From Flaccisagitta enflata (taxonomy: Eukaryota): DNA of 64,000 nt. The position numbers and the translations under genes were made by a program. The notes beneath the pieces are model-generated. The model was not told the origin of the DNA. It made no database searches and saw nothing but the letters and a program-made list of their open reading frames with translations. Each line of letters opens with the position of its first letter. Position 1 is the stretch's first letter. The stretch lies in NCBI GenBank assembly GCA_965153355.1, contig OZ231126.1, positions 43,028,001 through 43,092,000 on the forward strand. Reading direction: 5' to 3'. Below are positions 1 to 14,988 of this stretch, piece by piece.

Positions 1-974
1 AGGATGAGACAATCAAGATTTTTTTTTAGATAACAATCTCACTTTATCAGTCTATCCATTTTTTATTGATCTGCTTCTCCGCAATAGAAAAAAAACTAAG
101 AAAAAATTCATAACAAGTAGAAATGAAACGTGACCGACCAACCAATGGACGAAGTAGGCTGCACGTGACAAAAAAAATCCAGTGATAATGTCAAAAAGAA
201 CATGCCGGATTGGGCAACTTGCTGTGTCATCTGCCTGTTTATAGAAGGAGCAAAATGTAAGGACCAGCAGACAGATGTACAGACAGTAAGACAAATAGAC
301 GGATGGATGGAAGGTCACTATACCCAAACTGAAATTTATGGAAGAGGGCCTTGTGTACCCTCATTGACTAATCAATATGCGCACCACTACTAGTTTTCCA
401 CAAAATAGGCAATATTGCCCATAGTGCATGAAACTTATTGACTCCTTGACATCCGTTATTGCACAACTGTATACAGAAATGTGATGATCTGAGGCTCAAA
501 TTTATGTCTGGAACTAGAGTTTAAGCCTCAAGACTAGTTAAAAAATTGCTCAAAAATCGCTGACAAAATCTCTTGGCATAATTGATGTTAAAAAACAGTT
601 TGGGCCCGTTTCTAGTCACAAACAACTGCCCACCCTAAGTTTGTTCGCTTGCATTGCTCACAACGCTTACTTTGCTCACTTGCTCTGCAAAGCTTAACAT
701 GCTTGCTCCATTCATGGGCTCTTTCACTCACTTCGCTTACTCCCGTATGTTTAAAGGGAAGAATCCCATTTTTGGTCGTCATGAGAAACACACCCTATGC
801 CAACAGAAGCAGCCCAGGTTTGACATCAGATGAAGCACTCAAACAAGTGACGTGGGGTCACAATATCGTTGCGGACGGGTGGGCAGGGGCAGCCAACCCC
901 CATCCACACCCAACACCCCACCCAACACCCTTCGCAGCACAGTCACATACACAAAGAGCTTTAAAACGCTCGTT

Positions 975-1405
975 TTTGGGCAGCGGCCCCGAAGGGGACG
1001 AAGTCCTGTAGAACACAGGGGGACTTTTGTTCCTCATTCCGTCCGTCCGTTTGTCCCCCCCCAGGCTCTTTCAGGCCGGGAATCTGCCCTCTTAGGCCTG
1101 AAGTTTACCCTCTCAGGCCTGAAATCAGCCCTCTCAGGCCTTGAATCTGCCCTACAAGGCCTGAAATCTGCCCTCTCAGGCCTGAAATCTGCCCTCACAG
1201 ATTCAAGGCCTGAGAGGGCAGATTTCAGGCTTGAGAGGGAAAATTTCAGGCCTGAGAGGGCAGATTTCAGGCCTGAGTCCCCCTGTGTTCTACAGGACTT
1301 TGTCCTCTTCGGGGCGCTGCCCTGCTTCTTCTCACACCCCATTTCACAATCATGCAAAGCAGGGCAACGGGTATCGCTGACCACTTATTGCCCTTGGGCG
1401 ACCTG
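975..1405 (+). mobile_element. Short dispersed repeat family A (subterminal inverted repeats around a 21-bp array), DINE-1/HINE-like
   Basis: GGCAGCGGCCCCGAAGGGGACGAAGTCCTGTAGAACACAGGG ... CCCTGTGTTCTACAGGAC..GGGGCGCTGCCC. Related copies at ~2160-2680, 2738-3340, 5940-6495, 54760-55265 and 62310-62900. Confidence 0.65.
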
Positions 1406-1732
1406 TTCCACTTTTCAACTCGTGCTCACGGACTGACGGACGGACGGACCTACAGATCGACAGACAGACGGACAGACGGACAACGCCTCTTATAGAGTTG
1501 CGTGTCTGCAACTAAAAAAAAATCCCTCACTTCGTTCATATTCACTCAGTAAATGAACTTTTCCCTCTAGTGAAGGTAGACTTTTGTCCTTGATAGTTTG
1601 GAAGCAAGGAGCACCCTGATAAGAATGATCACGTTTTGGTGCCGATCCTATTGTCTCAGCTGCTGGTTTGCCGCCTGGAGCCAAACCGATGAATAGAATC
1701 AATGAAATCATCGTCATCGATAAAAGGCGCTT

Positions 1733-2048
<316 letters not shown>

Positions 2049-4044
2049 TCTTATTCGAATGAATCAATTTATCTATTAAAAGAAAAAATTGAATATTTCT
2101 GGATTTTTAGTCACGTGCTACGCAATTCCCACGAGACCCTGCTTTCTTTGTCCTATTTTATGCAGGGGGAAATTTCCTGATGTCCGTCCGTCCTTCCGTC
2201 CGTCCTTCCGTCCGTCCATCCTTCCGTCTTTCCTTGCATCCTTCTACCCGTTCTTCCATCCATTCCCCCCCCCATTGGCTATCAAGGCCTCAAATTTGCC
2301 CTCCCAGCCCTCAATCAGCCTCAATCCGGTTAGTCCCAGCCCTCAATTCAGCAATTCAGCCTCAATTCTTAAATAAGCCCCCTGTCTCAAATCTGCCCTC
2401 CAGACTTCAAATCTGCCCTCTTGACCTTCAATTAGCGCTCCAAGCACTAAATCAGCTCTCCCTGACTCAAATTTGCCGTCCAAACCTCCAATTTGCTCAC
2501 CAAGCCTTAATTCCGCCCGCTAAAGCCTGGAATATGACCCCTCAGGACGTCTGGAAATTCCTCTGGTGTTCTACAGGACATTGACCCTTTGGGGCCGCTG
2601 CCTTGCTCTTACTTCACTTCTTACCTGGATCACTGCCAGAAGGGCATCGGGTACCGCTGACCATGTGCAATCCTTAGATGACATGTTTTTTTTTTTTTTT
2701 TTTGTTGACCACCCGGTATTGCCCTTGGGCGACCCGCTTTTGGGCAGCGGCCCCAAAGGGGTCGATGACCTATGCTTTCACACATATGGGGGATTTTCTC
2801 CTTCTCCTTCCCCATCCCCCCCCCTCAAATCCCAGTCTCGAGGCCCAAATTCCAGTCTGAGGCCCAAATCCCAGTCTTGAGGCCCAAATCCCAGCCTTGA
2901 GGCCCAGATCTAACCTCAGTATAATCCTAACCTCAAGGCCTAAATCCTAGCCTCCAAGCCCAGATTTCAGTCTTGAAGCCTAAATCTCAGCCTCTTTGAA
3001 AGGTTTTTTTGAAGATTATTTTTTAATAAAGTAGTTAAGTAGTATACTGTCTACATACTTATGCTCTAGATAGTATCTCAGCCTTGAGCTCCAAATCCCA
3101 GCCAAGAGGCCCAGATCCAAAACTTGAGGATTTGGCCATGAGACTGGGATTTGGGCCTCGAGGCTGGAATTTGGGCCTTGAGACTGGGATTCGAGGAGGG
3201 ATGGAGAAGGAGGAGAAGGAGAATTTCCCCATATGTGTAAACATAGGTCATCAACCTCTTCGGGGCCACTGCCTTGCTTCCCCTTCAGCTTCAACCACAA
3301 CCTACTTAGGCAGGGCACGGGTACCGCTGACCATCTAACGCTTTTTCGACCATTACATATTTGCGGTGTTTGGTCTCACTGCTCCTGCCCAAATGGTCTA
3401 GTAGTAGTAACCTCAAATGAAGTTCCTGCCCTTTCACAAGCGAGCATGGTTGAGGGTTGAGGGCTGGATTCTTGAGGGTGAATCCTTACTCCCCAAAAAT
3501 AGTGGGTAAAAGTGATGCGATGGGATGGATCGTCTTGATTCCTATCATCAATCGTCACTCACGAAGTTCACAGGATTTAGTAGGCAGGCAACGGCTGTCA
3601 CCTGTCAGCCTGTCATTATGCGGGTTTATTACTGTGCAGCATGAATTTGTTACTAGTAAGACATTGCTTTTATGACCTTCATCTAAGAGCTTTTTGTAAC
3701 CGATTTTTTTCCTAAATTTTGTCATCCCTGCTGCACAGTCTCCTACACAGCAAAAAAACCCCACGTTATTTTCTTAATCTTCATAGATATTAGAACAAAT
3801 AGCTACAGAATAGATAACAACAATAAGAAACTACGCATAATTATAATTTGATAGAATAACTCGCTTTTCCGAGATAATGTAAAGCAATTTTTTTCTGAAA
3901 TGACTACTCTCCCAAGGAAATAAAAACCATTATGCAAATTAAGATTCATGTTCCTTCAAAACAAAAGACACATCGAATTCTGCTGTCTAAAATGCATGTG
4001 TGATTGTGTGTACGGTTTCTTATTCGTAGTCGTGTATCACTGTA

Positions 4045-4363
<319 letters not shown>

Positions 4364-5750
4364 TGTTGTCATGGTCGCTAGGAAAATTACCGTTGATGAA
4401 GTTCGGGCCCCAGAAACATTTCTATTTTAAAAATTTTCCTGTGACAAAAACTCCGGGCCACAGCATCATCACTGCTAACCAACCTATCGAAAATTTCTTG
4501 AAAAAAAGACTTATTTACATTACTTTTTTTCTAAAATTTCTATAGTATTGAATGAATCATCAAATCATAAAAGCATGAATGAACGAATGAGTGCAAGGAT
4601 ATAAACTAAGTAGATGAATGAATTAGAAAAAGTGAATGAATGAATCAATGAACAAACAAACGACTGATTGAATGATTGAATGCATGAATGAATGAATGAA
4701 TGAATGAATGAATGAATGAATGAATGAATGAATGACTGAATGACTGAATGAATGAATGAATGAATGAATGAATGAACAAAAGAACAACTGATTGAATGAA
4801 TGAATAAATGAATGAATGAATGAATGAACGAATGAATGACTAAATGAAAGAATAAATGAATGAATAAATGAATGGGTAAATGAATGAATGAATAAATGAA
4901 TGAATTCCAAATTCTTGACTTTGTATTTGTCTTTATATTTGTCTTTGTATTATTGCCATTTATAAATGCATGAGACAAGGACATTCAGCAAGGTCTCAGT
5001 GGAATGATCTTTCGCAGAGTTTCGAAATGTCGTGGATTTTACTATGTTTTTCTCATTGGTTGGGTGTGAAACACTGTCAAACAAGTTGTTTGTTGTTGTT
5101 GTTGTTTTTTTTTATTTTTTGTTTTTTTGTCACCATAGTTAATTAAAGGTACGGACAAGTCACAAAAAAATAATGAATGGAAACAAGGAGCAAGCAATTA
5201 TGCACCCTGATGTGATCAAGTATTGGGTACCGATCCTATCGGCCCAGCTGCTGATTTGCCGCCAAGAGAAATATGGGTAGAATCGATGAAATCATCGTCA
5301 TCTATATAGTTTTGAGGATAAGAGGCGATTCTTCTTCTTCCTCTTCTTCTTCTCCTTCTTTTTAGGTGCGACAAAGCACCTCTATAATAGGCTATGTCTG
5401 TCGGTTGGTTGGTCGGTTGGTTGGTCGGTCGGTTGGTCGGTCGGTAACGCATTCGTTTGACAATCCACACCGTCGCACCTGTTGGCCTACTTGGCCTTGT
5501 TCTTCTTGTTCTTGTTCTTGTTCTTGTTCTTGTTCTTGTTCTTGTTCTTCTTCTTCTTCTTCTTCTTCTTCTTCTTCTTGCTCTTCATCTTCTTCTTCTT
5601 CTTCTTCTCCTTCATCTTCTTCTTCTTCTTCTTCTTCTTCTTCTTCTTCTTCTTCTTCTTCTTTTTCTTCTTCTTTTTCTTCTTCTTCTTCTTCATTCTT
5701 CTTCTTCTTCTTCTTCTTCTTCTTCTTCTTCTTCTTCTTCTTCTTCTTCT

Positions 5751-5788
<38 letters not shown>

Positions 5789-7967
5789 ATCTTCTTTGTC
5801 CTCTCTTGTTAGAAGCGATTTTTCTTCTTTTTATTTGCGTGCTACGCCCCGCTTTGTCGGTTGGTTGGTCGGTCGGTTAGTCGGTCGATCGGTTGGTCGG
5901 TCAGTCCCCTTTTCACTTTAACGATGTTTTTTTAGCTTTTTTGGCAGCGGTCCCCAAGCGCCGATGTCCTGCACCACACATGGGGGAATTTCCGGATGTC
6001 CAGATGTCCGTCTGTCCGTTCATCCATCCTTACCCCCCCCCTGGCCGTCAAAGCCTCAAATCCTCACTCTTAGGCCTGATTTAGGCCCTGTAAGCCCTCA
6101 AATCAGCCCTCCAGGCCTCAAATAGGCTCTCCAGGCCTCAAATCAGCTCTCAAGGTCAAAAATCAGCTCTTCAGGCCTCATATTTGCTCTCCAAACCTCT
6201 AATCAGCGTTTCAGGCCTCAAATCAGACTTCCAGGCCTCAAATCTGACCCTAATGCCTCAAGCCGGCCAAAGACCTCAAATCTTATTTTCCGACCTAAAA
6301 TCTTTCCCGCAGACCTCAAATACTGCTTAAATTACCTCTTAGGCCTGATATATTCCCCCTTAGGACGTCTGGAAATTCCCCTCTGTGTCCTACAGGACAT
6401 CAGCCCTTTGGGGCCGCTGCCCTGCTCTCACTCCACTACTTGACCACTCTAAGCAGGGCATTGGGTACCGCTGACCACGTGCGATCCTTGGATGACAACA
6501 TGAGTATACTGCTCCTGCCCAGATGCCCTAGTGACCTCTTGCACTGCTCCTGCCCACCCACATGCGACTAGAGTAACCGTGTATCCGGCCTTGTTCTTCT
6601 TCATCTCCTTCTTCCCCTTCAATTTGAAAAAAAAAACAGTCATCTAAGTAGGCTAGTGGGACGATAATGTAAAAAATGGCCATGTATGGCATATGATGTA
6701 TGGATCGGCTCGTAATAATATCAACATTATCAAAAAACTTCATTTTTGGCCTATTTTACCAATTTCAGAAACATACAATCACTAAAACCAACAAATACTG
6801 TGCAGTCATTTCCTGGCACTTTTTTCTTGATGATAAGATAAGTAAAATGCGATATTGAAACGGCTCATACTACCAGAAATCTTTGATAATATCTCTCAGA
6901 TTACTAAACTTAACATTTGTCCTTCACATAACATCAAACAAAACGCTCAAGAGCTACTATCTATTCAGCTACTTACATCTATATCCACCCTAAATTACAA
7001 TAAAGAATTTTCCATGCTTAGAAATGAGCATCAACTTTGTAAGACCACTGCTCACAAACGAATTGAGCTACAAACCCCAGATTGGTCGCAATTTAAAGAG
7101 TTCAAACAACTCTTTAAGTTAAAACCAATCTGGAATATGTATCGTTTAAGTTGCAATACTCCTTCAAAGTTGATTATTTTTCAGAGCAAAAATTTTGTTT
7201 TCCAAGATAGTTTCCTCTAAGCTGCGTCTTACAGATTAGTTTTCTGATGCTTCCACTGAGCATACCTGCTCATTCATTTTTTACTGGCTCGCTCAGTTTG
7301 TTATGCATTGAAATTCCTTTTATTTCCTTAGTTGGCAATAAGTTATCGCCAATAACAAAAAAAAATGTTGGTCCCTAGCTAAAATCCGTTAGAGCGGGGT
7401 TCCACTTTAACGAGTTTTTAGTTGCGGACACGCAACTCTATAAGAAGCTTTGTCCGTCAGTCCATTGGTCTGTCAGCACAAGTAGATTTTTGGAAGCTTT
7501 TTATTTGCGGACATGCAACTCTATAAGAGGCTTTGTCTGTTGGTCCATCCGTCTGTTGGTCCGTTGGTCCGTTGGTCTGTCGGTCTGTCAGCATGAGTCA
7601 AAAAGTGGAAGAACGAGCTTTTTGTGTTTTTTTGCGTATGTTTGTGTACATGTGGGACATTTGGGTGTAGATGGGGGTTGGACGCCCCTGCCCACCCATC
7701 AGCAACAATATTGTGGCCCCGCCTCACTTGTTGTGTATGTGTCTGAGTTGAGGAGAGAGTTGGGTGGGGGGGTTGGGTGTGAATGAGGGTTGCCGACCCA
7801 TTCGCAACAATATTGTGACCCCGCCTCACTTGTTTTTTCTATTCTTTTAGGAATTCAATTATTTCTCCTCTTTCTTGATTTTTTTCCTTTTTTTTTCTGT
7901 CTTCATTTCCCTTTTTCTTTTTCTTTCTCTTTTATTTTCTATATTTCTTTCTTTCTTTCTTTCTTTT

Positions 7968-8008
<41 letters not shown>

Positions 8009-10049
8009 TTTTCTCCTTTCCTTATATCTTCCTTTCTTTATTCCTTCCTTCCTTCCTTCCTTCCTTTCTTTCTTCCTTTCTTCCTTCCTTCCTTCCTTCC
8101 TTCCTTCCTTTCTTTCTTTCTTTCTTTCTTTTTTTCTTTCTTCCTTTCTTTCTTTCTTTTTCTTTTCTTCTGTCCTCATCTCTTCCTTCCTTTCTTCCTG
8201 CCTTTCTTCCTTCCTTTCATTTTCTTTCTTTCTTTCCTTCTTTCTTTCTGTGTAAGAAGCATTGAAAACGCGTAGCGCGAACGCATTAGCAACCAAATAT
8301 GTTGGATGCGATGCGTAACGCGATGCGCGAGCTGCTGGAAAACGCGAACGTGAACGCTCTTGAAAATCCCGCGCATCCTTAACCTTTTTCGAGATACCCT
8401 CATACTCTTTTGGCTACAGCTTTTTTCAGCTTCATGCTAAAAGATTTCTGAAACCAGATTTGAATTCCCCACGCAATAACCTACATTGCTATCCTGCGTC
8501 GCTCGCGTTACCAAGCGATTTGCGGCCTCATATGACGGTTTTCTAAACTCATTAGTTATTCCGACAAAAAATCATATTACTCGATAGCCTGACAATAGAT
8601 CTACTTGATTTTGAATGATTTTTTGTGATATTGGTGAATTTCGAGCAATAAATTGGATATACATCGTGGTTTTCAAATTCTGACAACTTTTTTTTCCACT
8701 GCAATCCTCTTGATTTCCCGCTGACTTCTTGCCTAATCTAAGGGCTTGGTACCTGTTGTTTTTGTTTTTGTTTTTCTTTTCAGATAAGTTCCAATCGATT
8801 TTGATTTTGATTCGATATAAAAATGAAAAGAGAAAATGGAACATGTTAAGTATTGCAATGTATCAATAACGTTTTTTTTTTTTTTTTTTTTTTGCGGCAC
8901 CTGTTGCCCTACTTGTAGCTACATTCTTTGCCGCGGAAGAAGAGAGAAAATGGGATTTATTGGAGGGACCAAAGGGATGATATGGATGGGGTCACCATCC
9001 CGACACCCTGCTTACGACAATCTTTTACATAATTTAGATTCATGTTGAGCATATCACAAATTGCGTATAGATTGGGACAATACGGTGGATGGATCTGTTT
9101 TTGTAGAATTTACTTTTTTTCTATCATTTGTTTGCTTCTTATTCAGAGGTAATAATGAGAAATGAAAAAACAGCTTTTCCCAAATAATCTTTCCTTTCTG
9201 GGTCGGACATAAACACGGCGCATAGCCAGTCACTTTGTTTTTTATCGATTGGGGATTTAGGAAGGAGAGGGAGGAAAAAAAGAGGGGTAGGAGGAGGAGG
9301 AGAAATTACCCCATGTAAATGAGGCATTTCCGAAAAGGATCAAATCCTTCGATTCTGTCGGTCATTCTCTGTATCTACTATATCAATTGTTTCATTGTTC
9401 CTAATGTCGTAAATGGAATCATAATACTCAAGCCAAACAGAGACCCAAAATACATGTGAAAGCAATTGGAACGAAGTAGGCATCATATGTATGGTGATTA
9501 TAACTTGAATGAAAAAGAACACATACATTTAATGGCAGAAGAGTAATTTAGTTCAGCCTAATCTTTGTTCAATCTATTTGTCAGTAAACAAAGATTAGAC
9601 TTAACCCATCAAAAATTCTGACTTTTCTGCCATTAAATGTATGCGTATCTTCAATGAAGATTCTTCATTTTGATGTTCTTCTTCATTCAAAGCAATCGGC
9701 AGTTTCAAACAAGAGTCAAATCCCTCCCCCCCAGAATCCTTATCGTCCCTTTGTACTAGTATTTTTTGCTTGTACAATGAACGTCTTCCATTTCATTTCA
9801 TTGCATGTCCCTATTAAGTTATCCTTGGCAATCACATCAAATTTGATGTCTCTCATCCAAGTCTGTGGTATGTCTCTCCCATGAGGTCTATGGTTACCAA
9901 TCTAACATTTACGTCTCTCTCACGAGGTCAATGGTAAACAATGAAAAATCAACGTCTCTCTCACGAGGTCTATAGCACAAGAAACGAAATCATTGGATAA
10001 CCCATGTTCACTCTCCACTGCCTTTTATGAGAAAAAAACGGAGAAAAAA

Positions 10050-10790
10050 TTGTTATTAGATAAAAAAAATTCTTCATCACATGCCAAAATTTTTTAATTA
10101 GATGACAAAAAATTATCTTCCAATAAAAAAATATTGTCATCAAATAAAAAAATTGTCATCAGATGACAAAAAAATGTCATTAGTTGACTAAGAATTTTGA
10201 TCAGATGATAAAGAATTGTCATCCGATGATAAAAAATATTCATCAGATGACAAAAATTTTCATCAGATGATAAAAATTTTTCATTAAATAACAAAAAATT
10301 TTCATCATATGACAAAAAATTTTCATCAGATGACAACAATTTTTCATCAGATGACAACAATGTTCATCAGTTGACAACCAATTTTTATCAGATGACAATA
10401 ATGTTCATCAGATAACAAAAAATTTTCATCAGATGACAAAAAATTTTCATCAGATGACAAAAAGTTTTCATCAGATGATAAAAAATTGTCATCAGATGAC
10501 AAAATATTGTCATCAGATGACAATAATTTTTATCAGATGACAAAAATTTTGCATCAGATAACAAAAAATTTTCATCAGATAACAAAGAATTTTCTTGGAT
10601 GACAAAAAATGTTCATTAGATGAAAAAAATTTTCATTTGATGACAACAATTTTTCATCAGATGACAACAATGTTCATCAGTTGACAACCAATTTTTATCA
10701 GATGACAATAATGTTCATCAGATAACAAAAAATTTTCATCAGATGACAAAAAATTTTCATCAGATGACAAAAAGTTTTCATCAGTTGAGA
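10050..10790. repeat. 21-bp minisatellite
   Basis: Many copies of TTTCATCAGATGACAAAAAAA-like units, followed by a CATTTGATG/CATCAAATG hairpin near 10800-10825. Confidence 0.95.
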
Positions 10791-10874
10791 CGAATAACAT
10801 TTGATGTCACTATGCATCAAATGACAAGAAGATCTTCAGATTTTCAAGATGACAAAAAGTATGAGACAGATGAC

Positions 10875-10940
<66 letters not shown>

Positions 10941-11128
10941 TTCAACCTGGAATCACGTGCCCTCCTCGATTGCCCACCGATATTTGACCTTGATTCTCTC
11001 CACTCCTGCTCTTTCTCTCTTAGTCCATGGTGAAGTTGAAGTGAGAGATAAATTCCCCATCCATGATGTGTCCATGGGGTTGTTATCCCTCTCGTCAACA
11101 CCCCGATACCTTTTTATCTTCAGCCATT

Positions 11129-11197
<69 letters not shown>

Positions 11198-11251
11198 ATA
11201 TCTTTTCTTCTTTGCTGTAATTCTTTCTGTCTTAATGATAATATACAGTAC

Positions 11252-11822
11252 AGCAATGGCGACCTAGACTGGAGGATAGATTTTAGGTATCTTAATTTTA
11301 TTCGTATCATGAAATATTTGACAACTAAGCTAATTAAAGGTTGCTTGATTGAGTGAATACATTTGCGTTTCTTAAACTTCAACTTGTGACTTGAACTCAT
11401 CAAGACTTTATTTTTAAAGGTTCTAACCTATTTTATTAGATCAGGCGAAAAATTTCATATATTTCTGAGAAAAAAAATCAGCTCAATCGGACCATCTTTA
11501 CAGGTTTCACAGCTATATTTATTAAACAAAAGTTATGCAAATTAGTTTTTGGGTAAAAATTAAAAGGACCATACCTGTAAAAATGGACCGATTGAGCTGA
11601 TTTTTTTTCAAAACCATACAAAATTTTCCACCCGATCTATTGAGATAGTTTAGATCTTTGAAAAATGAAGTATAGATGAGGTCAAGTCGCAAGTTTAAGT
11701 TTAAGAGACAAACATTTTCACTCAATAGAGAAATCTTTAATCAGCCTAAATCTCAAATATTTCACGATAAAAATGAAATGAAGATAACTAGAATCTATCC
11801 TCCAGTTTAGGTCATCATTGCT
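11252..11822. mobile_element. Foldback/MITE-like element with long degenerate inverted arms
   Basis: AGCAATGGCGACCTAGACTGGAGGATAG...CTATCCTCCAGTTTAGGTCATCATTGCT; complementarity continues inward (AATCAGCTCAATCGG / CCGATTGAGCTGATT). Confidence 0.85.
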
Positions 11823-11959
11823 CCCATCGTACTATACCTTCATTCCCATTCTCTTTCTCTCATTTTTTCTGTCTTTTTTCATTAGTTTTTTGTTCGCTTA
11901 CCTTGTTCCTCGTATTCTTTCTTTTTTTTTTTCTCCTTTTGGGCAGCGGCCCCGAAGGG

Positions 11960-11969
11960 NNNNNNNNNN
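11960..11969. other. Assembly gap (10 N)
   Basis: Run of N; a family-A repeat is truncated at its left edge. Confidence 1.
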
Positions 11970-12536
11970 CCATCGTGAGAATTGCAGCGCGCTTATGTCG
12001 GGTCCGCTGGTCTGCTGTCGCTTGTATGGTTGCGGCGCAATGTCGGCCGGTCGTTGACAACTTCATCGAGAATTGGTAAGCTGCGTGCTAGCGTCGGTCC
12101 GTTGTCCGCTGGCCGCTTGGCATGGTTGGTCGGTTTGTCGGTCGCCGTAAGGTTGGTCGGTTGGTATATGACATGACATGTGTCGTGATGACTCTTTTTA
12201 TTTCATGATAATGTTACGGAAGAGTGCAGCTTCGTGAAAGCCTCCTGCAGCTAGCCGACCTTCGTGGTACCTTGAACGGGGTGGTGGCTGCGGTCAACAT
12301 CATCCATAAGTAATTTATTGAATTTGGGAGGTTTACTGCCACGAGACCAAACGAACGTTCAAATGAATCGAAATATGATGTTGATGCTGATAAATATTCA
12401 TTCAAACAGGTAATCCTATTTCTGTGCTTGAAAGTGGAACTGCTATAAAGTGGGTTCAACTGCATGTGCATATTTCTAAGTTTAGAGTTGATGTTTCATA
12501 CTTTTAATGAATTTTAGGCTGGAGTAATAGGCGAAA

Positions 12537-13352
12537 GTGGAACGCTCGTCCCAAACCAAATGGTTTATGTTCAACACGGATGACGTTCGGGACCACCGCG
12601 TGTATCAATGCTTATCGTCCATCCCCGGAAGTGATCATGAGGATCTAGAGGCGGATTTGGGAGTCGCCTCGGCGCATTACGTCAATTCGAATCCATTTGT
12701 AGAGGACGCCTCGTGCGCCCATGCTGGAGCGCCCGATGAGGCATCCTGTGTGGACTTACCCCCGGCCTCACCTCCTCCTCCAGCTTCTCCTCTTCCTCCG
12801 GTGCCTCTTCCTCCTCCGGCGTCTCCTCCTCCGTCACCCACTCATCCTCTTCCTCCCCCGCCTCCTCCTCTGGATGGAGTTGACGCGGCTACGGGTGGGT
12901 TTGAGGACCGGAAGCCGGACGAATTTGCTGCACATCACCTACCCCACGATCGCTCCATCGCTCCTCCGCGTCCGCATCCTCCCCCTTCAAATGCGAGGGG
13001 TGCTATCGGGGGGTTAAATGGCGCTGATGGCCGATGGGATAACGACAACGCTGCTGATCATCGCCATCCACGTAATCGATCCATGGCTCCTCCTCGACCT
13101 GCCCTTCCTCCACATGGATGGAATGGTTCGGATGCAACTGACGGGGCTGTTGGTGGACGAAATTCGCTGGGCAGGCGCGCATCCGTTCCTTCTCAGCCAA
13201 GTCCTCAACATGTGATTGTCAACGCCTCATCTCTGACGCGCGATGGTCCTGGACTTCCGAGGCACGTGTCCTTCTTCAACGGACAACACCCAGAAATCCG
13301 CGTCGCATTTCCTCCTTTGCCAGAATTGGAAGGACTGACAGATGGTGAATGA
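12537..13352 (+). CDS. Proline-rich hypothetical protein, probably the last exon of a spliced gene
   Basis: 271-aa GC-rich ORF with an acceptor near 12517 and upstream donor-like sites near 12076 and 12410. Confidence 0.45.
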   Translation: MERSSQTKWFMFNTDDVRDHRVYQCLSSIPGSDHEDLEADLGVASAHYVNSNPFVEDASCAHAGAPDEASCVDLPPASPPPPASPLPPVPLPPPASPPPSPTHPLPPPPPPLDGVDAATGGFEDRKPDEFAAHHLPHDRSIAPPRPHPPPSNARGAIGGLNGADGRWDNDNAADHRHPRNRSMAPPRPALPPHGWNGSDATDGAVGGRNSLGRRASVPSQPSPQHVIVNASSLTRDGPGLPRHVSFFNGQHPEIRVAFPPLPELEGLTDGE

Positions 13353-13494
13353 ATGTTTCGCTTCTCGTCAAATTCGAATTCTAAGAGAAGCTCATAATTT
13401 CAATTTTGGATAACATCTAGTTTTAAAGCCAAGAGCGACTGTGAAGGCCAGTTTTTGATTCTTTGGCATTTTTGTCCGTCAGTCTGTGACGCTT

Positions 13495-14453
13495 TTTTTT
13501 GGACAATCCATATGTTGCATGTCATTGTTTTATTTGGCCCTGTTGTTTTATTCGGAGTGGTTCATTTTTATCGAGTATTTTTATTGTGTGTTTTACTGAC
13601 ATTTTAATCTCATTTGCATATTGTCGTCTATGTAATGATTGTGTAAAATGTGAGGTAATGTCGATCTTATATCATTTTTTTTCCTACATTTTGAAGTTTA
13701 ACACTGATTTTTAGTAAAAAGAGTAAATTTTTGTTTTAAGGCCAATGAAATAATTAATAGTATATTCTTACATGTATCGTTGACATTGTATAAATATGAA
13801 ACTATGCTGAGTAATGAATTTTTTTAAAAACCCTACTATCTAACTCATCCAACTCATCGTGCATATCAAACAACTGAGAACCTTCCCTATGTTTGCATAG
13901 AGGCCATTAAGGAATAAACCTTACTGACTTTGGCCCCGAAATACTGTATGTTATATGTTTGCCTTTAGAAGGTGAGCTTTTTAGATAATCCATATGTCGC
14001 ATGTCACTGGTGTATTTGGCCCTGTTTGTTTTATTCGGCGTGGTTCATTTTTACCGAGTATTTTTATTGTGTGTTTTACTGACAGTTTAATCTCATTTGC
14101 ATATTGTTGTCTATGTGAGGATTGTGTAAAATGTAATGAAATGTCGCTCTTATATCATTTTTTTTTCCTACATTTTGAAGTTTAACAATGATTTTTAGTA
14201 AAAAGAGTAAATTTTTGTTTTAAGGCCAATGAAATAATTAATAGTATATTCTTACATGTATCGTTGACATTGTATAAATATGAAACTATGCTGAGTAATC
14301 AATTTTTTTAAAAACTCTAACTTATCGTTACATATTATACATTTTAGAGAGTCCATTTTTTTCTATGTTTGCATAGAGGCCATTAAGGAATAAACCTTAC
14401 TGACTTTGGCCTTGAAATACTATATGTTATATGTTTGCCTTTAGAAGGTGAGC
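13495..14453. repeat. Tandem duplication of ~480 bp
   Basis: AATCCATATGT...TTTAGAAGGTGAGC occurs twice (about 13495-13978 and 13979-14453) with scattered substitutions. Confidence 0.9.
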
Positions 14454-14988
14454 GTGGCTCTTTGATATATATATAATCAATTAGTGAACGTCATCTCATA
14501 GAATGTGTGTTTGTGTTAAAAAGATTTGTGTTTGATGGATTTTTATATATTTTCGATTGATCCAGTACTGATTTATGCCATTTTTGCGTGAATCATGATG
14601 AAAAAGTGCTTAAACTTTCTATTACCAATAAAAATCCGTCATGAAATAGTATATTTTGTCGTTGTCTAATTGAAATATCTCTAGAAAGAAACACAGAGAA
14701 ACACAAAGGTAACCTGAAGTCGTTACATTAAAGAGGTGCTGTCGTCCAGGTTCGATTTGATCAGGTACATTTACCTTTAGTCAGAAGATGATTCAGATTG
14801 ATTTATTGGAAGTCACTACTTGCTTAATGCATATGTCCTCCTGCGAAAGAGAAGCCCTCTCTCTCATCCTCAAGTCCATCTCATCTCCATCCGAAGTCCA
14901 GTCCTCAAGTTCATCTGAAGCCCATCCGAAGTCCATCCGAAGTCCTCACATCCATCCGAAGTCCTCAAGTCCATCCGAAGTCCGAAGA

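Noticed and set aside
852-1436. ORFs with (SGLKSAL)n / (RPERADF)n
   Set aside because: They come from the internal 21-bp array of dispersed repeat family A.
3399-3420. AGTAGTAGTAA as the left Polinton terminus
   Set aside because: The following sequence does not match the right terminus and sits inside a host short repeat.
10094-10585. Repeat-protein-like ORFs (LSSDENF)n
   Set aside because: They arise from the 21-bp minisatellite and the frames break frequently.
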